Below, piece by piece: positions 7,302 to 12,853 of a stretch of 12,853 nt of DNA. A program made the position numbers and the translations under genes. The notes under the pieces are model-generated. The model made no database searches. It saw only the letters and a program-made list of their open reading frames with translations, and had not been told where the DNA came from. How positions within the stretch are numbered: position 1 is the stretch's first letter; each line of letters opens with the position of its first letter. Source of the DNA: Candidatus Methylomirabilia bacterium (lineage in GTDB: Bacteria; Methylomirabilota; Methylomirabilia; Rokubacteriales; CSP1-6); NCBI GenBank assembly GCA_041497895.1, contig JBGQHJ010000136.1, positions 1 through 12,853 of the forward strand, in the 5' to 3' direction.

Positions 7302-8113
7302 TCGACTCGTCCGCCCTCGTGCTGCTGGCCGCGAAGATCGCGGCCTCGGCGTTCTTCGTGCTGGGCGGCACCGCGGCCGCGGAGTGGCTGGGGCCGCGCC
7401 TCGGCTCGATCCTGGGCTCGGCCCCCCAGCTCGCGGTGCTGTCGCTGATCTTCTTCTCGATCGAGCAGGGGCCGGCGTTCGCGGCGGAGAGCGCCTTCTG
7501 GACCATTCCCGGCATGGGGGCCTCGGTCCCGGTGTACCTGAGCTACCTGGTGGCGACGCGCCTCGTCCCGTCCCCCCGGGTCTGGTCGGTGGCCGCCGGG
7601 GTGTCACTCGGCACCGCGACCTTCGTGGTGGCGACCCTCGCGCTGAGCGCGATCCCGCTCGGGCCGCTCACCGCGATACCGTTCGCGGCGGCGGTGTGCC
7701 TGGGCGCGGCCTTCCTGGTGCGACACCTGCCCGACTCCGCCACCCTCCGGCGCGGCCCCACCTCGGTGTCGCTCCTGACGATCCGGATCGTGGTCTCGGC
7801 GCTCACCGTGCTGGTGGTGACGTCGGTGGCCCACGCGCTCGGCCCGAAGTGGTCCGGCCTCGTGGTGGGCTTCCCGGTCAACGGCCTGCCGGTGATGGCG
7901 CTTCTGCACGCCCGCTACGGGGCGGAGGTGACCCGGCCGTTCATCCGCATGTTCCCGGTGGGAGCCTTCGGCATCTGCCTCTTCAACCTGGTGGCGTCAT
8001 GGACCCTCGTGCGGATCGGGCTGCCCGCCACGATCGCGCTCGCGTACGCGGTCGACGTCGCCTACCTCGGGGCGGTGTCCTGGCTGCGCCGCCCGCGCCC
8101 GGTGACGACATGA
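7298..8113 (+). CDS. Hypothetical multi-pass membrane protein with an internal two-fold repeat (putative transporter/exporter)
   Basis: Fills the gap between the LivM-like stop (7301) and the enolase ATG (ATGA overlap at 8110-8113). About 270 aa, highly hydrophobic, with two LGP-x9-P repeats. The start is uncertain: CTG 7298 (CTGA overlap) or GTG 7319. Confidence 0.8.
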   Translation: MIDSSALVLLAAKIAASAFFVLGGTAAAEWLGPRLGSILGSAPQLAVLSLIFFSIEQGPAFAAESAFWTIPGMGASVPVYLSYLVATRLVPSPRVWSVAAGVSLGTATFVVATLALSAIPLGPLTAIPFAAAVCLGAAFLVRHLPDSATLRRGPTSVSLLTIRIVVSALTVLVVTSVAHALGPKWSGLVVGFPVNGLPVMALLHARYGAEVTRPFIRMFPVGAFGICLFNLVASWTLVRIGLPATIALAYAVDVAYLGAVSWLRRPRPVTT

Positions 8114-9195
8114 CGATCCGCGAGATCCAGGCCGACCACTACCGCATTCCGCTGCCGGTCGCCCTCTCCGACTCCACCCACGGCGTCATCGAGGGTTTCG
8201 AGCTGGTCACGGTACGCCTGCGCGACGGCGACGGCGCCGAGGGCGTCGGGTACACCTACACGGTGGGGACCGGCGGCGCCGCGGTGCACGCGCTGATCGC
8301 GCGCGACCTGACCCCGCGGCTCGCCGGCCGCGAGGCCCTAGACATCGAGGCGCTCTGGCAGGCCATGTGGTGGGCGCTCCACTACGGCGGCCGCGGCGGC
8401 GCCCAGGCCCTCGCGATCTCCGCGGTGGACATCGCGCTCTGGGACCTGCGGGCCCGCCGGCAGGGCACGCCGCTCTGGCGCATGCTCGGCGGCTTCGATC
8501 CACGCGTGCCCTGCTACGCGGGCGGGATCGACCTCGACTTCCCGCTGGACGCGCTGCTGCGCCAGACCGACGAGAACCTGGCCCGCGGCTTCCGCGCGAT
8601 CAAGATGAAGGTCGGCCGCTCCGCCCTCCGGGAGGACGTGGAGCGGGTCCGGGCGATGCGTGCGCACCTGGGGCCCGACTTCCCGCTGATGGTCGACGCC
8701 AACATGCGCTGGAGCGTGGACGAGGCGATCCGCGCGGCCCGCGCGCTGCGCGATTCCGACCCGGTCTGGCTCGAGGAGCCCACCATCCCGGACGACGTGC
8801 CCTGGCACGTCCGCATCGTGCGCGAGGGCGGCCTGCCGGTCGCGGCCGGCGAGAACCTCCACACGCTGCACGAGTTCCGCGCCCTGATCGCGGCGGGCGG
8901 CGTCACGTTTCCCGAGCCCGACGTCACCAACTGCGGCGGCATCACCGTCTTCATGAAGATCTGCCACCTGGCCGAGGCCTTCAACCTCCCGGTCACGTCG
9001 CACGGCGCCCACGATCTGACCGTGCATCTGCTCGCCGCGGTGCCCAACCGCTCGTATCTCGAGGCCCACGGCTTCGGCCTCGACCGCTATATCGCCGAAC
9101 CGCTCCGCCTCGTCGACGGCCGCGCGATCGCTCCCGACCGGCCTGGGCACGGGATCACGTTCGACTGGGCCGGGCTCGCGCGCCTGCGTGCTTGA
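8110..9195 (+). CDS. Mandelate racemase/muconate lactonizing enzyme family protein (enolase superfamily, sugar-acid dehydratase/cycloisomerase-like)
   Basis: Start set at ATG 8110. SAVDIALWDL, KxK motif KMKVG, metal ligands in MVDAN, WLEEP and AGEN, His-Asp dyad (EPDV, TSHG) and YLE; 361 aa. Confidence 0.95.
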   Translation: MTIREIQADHYRIPLPVALSDSTHGVIEGFELVTVRLRDGDGAEGVGYTYTVGTGGAAVHALIARDLTPRLAGREALDIEALWQAMWWALHYGGRGGAQALAISAVDIALWDLRARRQGTPLWRMLGGFDPRVPCYAGGIDLDFPLDALLRQTDENLARGFRAIKMKVGRSALREDVERVRAMRAHLGPDFPLMVDANMRWSVDEAIRAARALRDSDPVWLEEPTIPDDVPWHVRIVREGGLPVAAGENLHTLHEFRALIAAGGVTFPEPDVTNCGGITVFMKICHLAEAFNLPVTSHGAHDLTVHLLAAVPNRSYLEAHGFGLDRYIAEPLRLVDGRAIAPDRPGHGITFDWAGLARLRA

Positions 9196-9197
9196 GG

Positions 9198-9365
9198 CGC
9201 GGGGCGCGGGCCGGGGGGTGGTGGGGGGCCTCTGACCACGATCGTGGGTCGAGATGAACCCGTTTGAGGAATTCCCAATCCCTGACTTGGCGTGATTGCT
9301 TCGCGCGGCAGGGAACGGGTCACCCCGCCCCCCACCACCCCCCGCCCCCCGGCCCGCGCCCCGCG
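9198..9365. repeat. 168-bp element bounded by 32-bp terminal inverted repeats with nested internal helices (MITE-like or structured RNA)
   Basis: 9198-9229 is the exact reverse complement of 9327-9365 apart from a 7-nt duplication (gcccccc) in the right arm. Internal pairings: 9251-9264/9314-9326 and 9280-9284/9309-9313, plus palindrome 9236-9247. Confidence 0.8.
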
Positions 9366-9370
9366 GGGAC

Positions 9371-9387
9371 GCCGGTGCGACACCGGC
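9371..9387. terminator. Short hairpin downstream of the LLM gene (possible terminator or 3' stabiliser)
   Basis: gccggtg-cga-caccggc, a 7-bp perfect stem 13 nt past the LLM stop. No U-tract. Confidence 0.35.
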
Positions 9388-9400
9388 ACCCTTGTCGCGG

Positions 9401-10318
9401 TCAGCGCTCTCGTTGGTCCAGGAGCGGGCGAATTTCTTCCGCCAGTATGTCGATCGTGTCGAGGATGGCGGGGTAGGTGCTGTAGCTCACCTCGAGGGCG
9501 ACGTGGCTGCAGCCGGCGGTCTGGTACTGGCGGAGCTCCTTGGCCACCGCGGCGACGGGGCCGCGGATGACGTGGCGCGTGCCGAGCAGCGCGGGATCGA
9601 CGGCCGCGCGGTGGATGCCGTCGATCAGGAGCGGGACGCGCAGGGTCAGCTCGGGCGCGCCGTCGCGTCCCGCCTCCTTCCAGTGGTTGCCCACCGCGAG
9701 GGCGCCGGCGCGGAACGCGGGCGGGGCCATCCCGGAGGCGTGCCAGCCGTCGCCGAGCCGGGCCGCGCGCCGGAGCGCGGCGTCGGAGGCGCCCCCCACC
9801 AGGATCGGGGGGCGGGGCTTCTGCAGCGGCATCGGCGAGACCTTGATGCCGGACAGGTGGTGGTTGGCGGTCTTGAGCTCCGGGTAGTCCTGGGTCCACA
9901 CCGTGCGGAAGAGCTCGATCGCCTCGTCGGTGCGCCGGCCTCGCTCGCGGAACGGCACCCCCAGCGCGGCGAACTCGCCCTCGAGCCAGCCCACCGCGAC
10001 CCCCACGATGAGGCGGCCGCTCGAGAGCACGTCCACGCTGGCGAGCAGCTTGGCCACCGGCAGCGGAGAGCGATACGGTAGCACGACCACGCTGGTGCCG
10101 AGGGCGATGCGCTCGGTGACGCCGGCCAGCCAGGGCAGGACCGCGAGCGGGTCCAGCATGTCGTCGCGGTAGATGAGCGGGACGTCCTTCGGGACGACCA
10201 CGTGATCGGTGACCCACACCGAGTCGAGCCCGACCTCCTCGGCGCGCGCGGCGAGCTGGGCGAGTCGCGACGGCTCGATCGGTCTTCCGTAGTGCGGCAG
10301 GCAGATGCCGAGCTTCAT
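9401..10318 (-). CDS. LLM class flavin-dependent oxidoreductase, probably F420-dependent (Rv2161c/TIGR03619-like)
   Basis: Motifs DSVWVTDHVVVP, DPLAVL, TERIALGTSVVVLPYR, DVLSSGRLIVGVAVGW..EF, PLQKPRPPILVGG and RRAARLGDGWH. Confidence 0.92.
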   Translation of the reverse strand: MKLGICLPHYGRPIEPSRLAQLAARAEEVGLDSVWVTDHVVVPKDVPLIYRDDMLDPLAVLPWLAGVTERIALGTSVVVLPYRSPLPVAKLLASVDVLSSGRLIVGVAVGWLEGEFAALGVPFRERGRRTDEAIELFRTVWTQDYPELKTANHHLSGIKVSPMPLQKPRPPILVGGASDAALRRAARLGDGWHASGMAPPAFRAGALAVGNHWKEAGRDGAPELTLRVPLLIDGIHRAAVDPALLGTRHVIRGPVAAVAKELRQYQTAGCSHVALEVSYSTYPAILDTIDILAEEIRPLLDQRER

Positions 10319-10327
10319 GGTGGCCGG

Positions 10328-10336
10328 AGCCTACCA
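10328..10336 (-). promoter_or_regulatory. Extended -10 promoter (TGnTAGGCT) just upstream of the LLM start codon
   Basis: The - strand reads TGGTAGGCT-ccggccacc-ATG, with no SD. Confidence 0.55.
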
Positions 10337-10350
10337 CGATCCGGCCGGGC

Positions 10351-10698
10351 TCAGCGGATGACGGAGAGGGGCGCGGTCCCGGCCATGGTGGCCAGGGCGG
10401 GGGGATCGGGCAGGGGCGGGCGCGGCAGGTTGCGCTCGATGAGCCGCCACTGCCGGACCGCGAGCAGGCACTTCGAGAACGCGACCTCACCGCGGGCATC
10501 GTTCGCGGTGCGCTCGATGTCCACGCGCCCGGTCGCCATGTCGACCTCGCGCACCGCTGCCTCGAAGCGCGGCGACGTCTGGCGCGCGTACTGCACGCAG
10601 GTCGCCACGTCCGCGCGCGACTGCTCGGCATAGTCGGGCGGCCATGTGAAGCCGCATGTCAGCAACACCGCGCAGCCCAGGACGATGCCCCGGATCAT
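10351..10698 (-). CDS. Small hypothetical secreted protein
   Basis: SD GGAGGAG (10705-10711), signal-like N-terminus MIRGIVLGCAVLLTCG, two Cys in the mature region and a Pro-rich tail; 115 aa. Confidence 0.8.
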   Translation of the reverse strand: MIRGIVLGCAVLLTCGFTWPPDYAEQSRADVATCVQYARQTSPRFEAAVREVDMATGRVDIERTANDARGEVAFSKCLLAVRQWRLIERNLPRPPLPDPPALATMAGTAPLSVIR

Positions 10699-10724
10699 GG
10701 CTGGCTCCTCCGGCCTGACAAGAG

Positions 10725-10740
10725 AGCAAGAGGCGGGCCA
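10725..10740 (-). promoter_or_regulatory. Sigma54 (-24/-12) promoter
   Basis: TGGCCCGCCTCTTGCT versus consensus TGGCACG-N4-TTGCW, with exact GG-N10-GC spacing. Confidence 0.75.
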
Positions 10741-10756
10741 GGGGCGACCGTCAAAA

Positions 10757-10769
10757 AATCAGGGACTTG
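10757..10769 (+). promoter_or_regulatory. IHF binding site
   Basis: AATCAGGGACTTG matches WATCARNNNNTTR and has an adjacent A-tract. It lies about -43 to -55 from the predicted sigma54 start. Confidence 0.6.
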
Positions 10770-10830
10770 AGCTGGGGGGAGTCCCGGCGTGTCGCGTCAG
10801 CCTATCGTCGCCCGGGAAATTCTTGCTGGG

Positions 10831-11133
10831 TCAGCCGAGCGCGGGCGGCTCGGGGTACTGCTGATCGACCACGCGGTGGGTGCGCAGCCCGATGGCCTCG
10901 CGCTGGATGACGAGCGTGCGGCGCGCGTCGAGCGCGCGCGTCCGCGCCTGCCGATATCTCGCGAGCGCCTCGTCCCGGGCGCTGCCGTCCGGCGCCTCCT
11001 CGAGGGCCTGCCGCCGCTCGGCCACGAGCGCCAGCGCCGTCTCCAGCCGCTCCCCGGCGCGGCCGAGCGTGGCGGCCTTCTCCGCGAGGATCTCCTTCTC
11101 GGTGCGCTGGAGTGCTTCCTCGCGCCCGCTCAC
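10831..11133 (-). CDS. Small helical hypothetical protein, DUF6665-like
   Basis: GTG start overlaps the CoA-transferase stop (GTGA, 11133-11130), with GAGGG upstream. Motifs EILAEKAATLGRAGERLE and QREAIGLR...YPEP; 100 aa. The DUF name is from recall only. Confidence 0.78.
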   Translation of the reverse strand: MSGREEALQRTEKEILAEKAATLGRAGERLETALALVAERRQALEEAPDGSARDEALARYRQARTRALDARRTLVIQREAIGLRTHRVVDQQYPEPPALG

Positions 11134-12356
11134 GCGGGTCCCTCGACGGCGCCCGATGCGATCAGTCCCGCGACTCGGTCGTCCTTGTAGCCGAGCAGAT
11201 CGCGCAGGACCCGCCGGGTGTGCTCGCCCACGCGATAGGCGGCGGGCCCTCGCGGATGCGTGGGCTTGCCGTCCAGGTGATAGGGGCTCGCGGTCACTCG
11301 CAGATCGGCGCGCGCGGGGTGGGGAACCACCGGGAAGAAGGCGCGCACCGCGAGGTGCTCCTGGGCGATGACCTCCGCGGGCCTGAGCACCGGGGCGCAC
11401 GGGATCCGGGCCGCGGTCAGCACCGCGAGGGCCTCGTCCGCGGTGGCGAAGCCGTCGAGCCAGGCGGTGATGACGGAGCGGAGCTCGCGCCAGTTGCGGC
11501 GCCGGGTCAGCGACGACGAGAAGCGCGGGTCGCGGCCGAGCTCCGGCTGCTTCATCAGCCCGAGCAGCCGCTCCCAGAGCCGCGGTGCCCCCACGATCTG
11601 CATCGCCATGTAGCGGTCGCCGACCCGGTGCACGATCATGCCGGGGCGCGGGTTGCCGTGCTCCTCGCCCCCGTTCAGCACCGAGGCGAAGGTGACGCTG
11701 TCCGCGCCCACCAGCGCCTCCAGCATCGAGACGTCGACGTGGGCGCCCTGCCCGGTGCGGGCCCGGCGCCAGAGCGCGGCCATGATGGCGCCCATGGCGT
11801 GGGCGGCGGCCAGCACGTCGGCGGCCTGCAGGTTCGAGGCGCGCGGGGCCGCCTCGTCGCCCTGCTCGAGCGCCATCAGGCCCGAGGCCGCGTTGATGAT
11901 GTGCGCGAAGGCCGGCCGCTCGCGCCAGGGCCCGGTCTGCCCGAAGCCCGAGATCGAGCAGTAGACAATGTCGCTTTTAACAGCGTTGACTGCCGAATAG
12001 TCGAGGCCGAGTCGTCCCGCCACCCCGGGCGCGAAGTTCTCGATGAAGACGTCGGCGTGACGGACCAGGTCCAGCACGACCTCGCGGCCCTCGGCCCGGC
12101 TGAGATCGACGGCCACGCTCTCCTTGCCCGCGTTGACGCGTGCGAAGTACGTGGACTGGTCCTCGCGCCCGGCCTCGATCTGGTGCGGGTTGCGGCGCAT
12201 CTCGTCGCCCTCGACGGGACGCTCGATCTTGATCACGCGCGCGCCCAGGTCGGAGAGCAGGCGGGTGCAGTAGGGGCCGGCCAGGACCCGGGTGAGATCG
12301 ACGACGAGCAGGCCCTCGAGCGGCCGCGAGTCCCCGGACGCCTCCGCGGGCGTCAT
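11130..12356 (-). CDS. CoA-transferase family III (CaiB/BaiF)
   Basis: Start at ATG 12356 (ATGA overlap). Motifs DLTRVLAGPYCT, LGARVIKIE, NAGKESVAVDL, ADVFIENF and YCSISGFGQTGP, with the catalytic Asp in QAADV; 408 aa. Confidence 0.95.
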   Translation of the reverse strand: MTPAEASGDSRPLEGLLVVDLTRVLAGPYCTRLLSDLGARVIKIERPVEGDEMRRNPHQIEAGREDQSTYFARVNAGKESVAVDLSRAEGREVVLDLVRHADVFIENFAPGVAGRLGLDYSAVNAVKSDIVYCSISGFGQTGPWRERPAFAHIINAASGLMALEQGDEAAPRASNLQAADVLAAAHAMGAIMAALWRRARTGQGAHVDVSMLEALVGADSVTFASVLNGGEEHGNPRPGMIVHRVGDRYMAMQIVGAPRLWERLLGLMKQPELGRDPRFSSSLTRRRNWRELRSVITAWLDGFATADEALAVLTAARIPCAPVLRPAEVIAQEHLAVRAFFPVVPHPARADLRVTASPYHLDGKPTHPRGPAAYRVGEHTRRVLRDLLGYKDDRVAGLIASGAVEGPA

Positions 12357-12853
12357 TCGGGCACGCTGTTGAGCAGGTACATGGCCCCGAGCAGACGGCT
12401 GGGCGGCCCCCAGTCCCCGAACCAGCGGTTGTAGATCGGCACGATCTCGCCCGAGCGATAGACCTGGGCGAGCGCGCGATTGACCGCGAGCCGGAAGGCC
12501 GGGTCGTTGCGGCGCAGCATCAGCCCGTACGGCTCGTAGGAGAGGAAGTCGTCCATCACCACCAGCCGGCGCGGGCCCCGGTAGACGAGCCCCAGGCCGA
12601 TGAGGATGGTCCGGTCCGAGGCGTAGGCGACGGCCCGGCCCTCGGCCACCGCGGCGAAGCCCTCGGCGTGCTCGCGCACCGGCAGGATCTCGGCCTGCAC
12701 GCCCCGCTGAGCGAGCCACGCGGCGAGCGCGCCCTCGGTGGTGGTCTTGGGGATCACCGCGATCCGCTTGCCCGCGAGGTCGACGGGGGTGCGCACCCCC
12801 GCGTCGGCCGCGACCAGGAGGCTGCCGCCGTCCACGAAGGTGGGATAGCTGAA
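12353..12853 (-). CDS. Polar amino acid ABC transporter substrate-binding protein, GltI-like (C-terminal part, 5' truncated by the window)
   Basis: Frame is open to the edge (FSYPTFVDGGSLLV). Motifs DLAGKRIAV..TTTE, GRAVAYASD and LSYEPYGLMLRRND..F...VNRAL....RSGEI..IYNRWF. Confidence 0.9.
   Translation of the reverse strand, partial: FSYPTFVDGGSLLVAADAGVRTPVDLAGKRIAVIPKTTTEGALAAWLAQRGVQAEILPVREHAEGFAAVAEGRAVAYASDRTILIGLGLVYRGPRRLVVMDDFLSYEPYGLMLRRNDPAFRLAVNRALAQVYRSGEIVPIYNRWFGDWGPPSRLLGAMYLLNSVPE

Noticed and set aside
5141..8109. Upstream extensions of the track ORFs starting at 5141, 6806 and 7384
   Set aside because: They overlap real genes in another frame. Family motifs or the hydrophobic domain begin at about 5423, 7298 and 8110.
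9198..9365. Identification as 6S RNA, SRP RNA, hammerhead or HDV ribozyme, or CRISPR
   Set aside because: No symmetric central bubble, SRP helix-8 motif, CUGAUGA/GAAA core, HDV-type pseudoknot or repeat-spacer periodicity was found by eye.
9264..9570. Short ORFs crossing the intergenic element (9264-9476, 9292-9570)
   Set aside because: Low-complexity translations of C-runs, overlapping the LLM gene antisense, with no coding signal.
10654..10698. Lipoprotein call for the 115-aa protein
   Set aside because: LLTC is not a canonical lipobox, and VLGC at residue 9 is too close to the start.
11970..12002. TGTTAAA on the - strand as a dif/XerD arm
   Set aside because: It lacks the inner TTA and any XerC arm, and lies within a CDS.
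11134..12719. Extended starts at 11400 and 12719
   Set aside because: They overlap neighbouring genes. The 4-nt stop/start overlaps at 11133 and 12356 are better starts.

Overview
High-GC (~70%) bacterial window; the gene content suggests Ca. Rokubacteria/Methylomirabilota, but this is inference only. The left edge holds the end and the transposase N-terminus of an IS1202/ISNCY-like element, which the ORF track misses, sitting 19 bp upstream of a sigma70-type promoter. A + strand cluster follows: a DapA-like aldolase, a Tat-exported sugar-type solute-binding protein, a five-gene Liv-type (HAAT) ABC transporter, an internally duplicated membrane protein and a mandelate racemase-subgroup enolase-superfamily enzyme. 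Together these look like an uptake and catabolism locus for a sugar acid or related carboxylate. A 168-bp nested inverted-repeat element separates this cluster from convergent - strand genes: a partial GltI-like binding protein, a family III CoA-transferase, a DUF6665-like protein, a small secreted protein with a sigma54 promoter and IHF site, and a probable F420-dependent LLM oxidoreductase with a near-leaderless promoter. No CRISPR array, tRNA or rRNA was seen. All family assignments come from motif recognition, not database searches.
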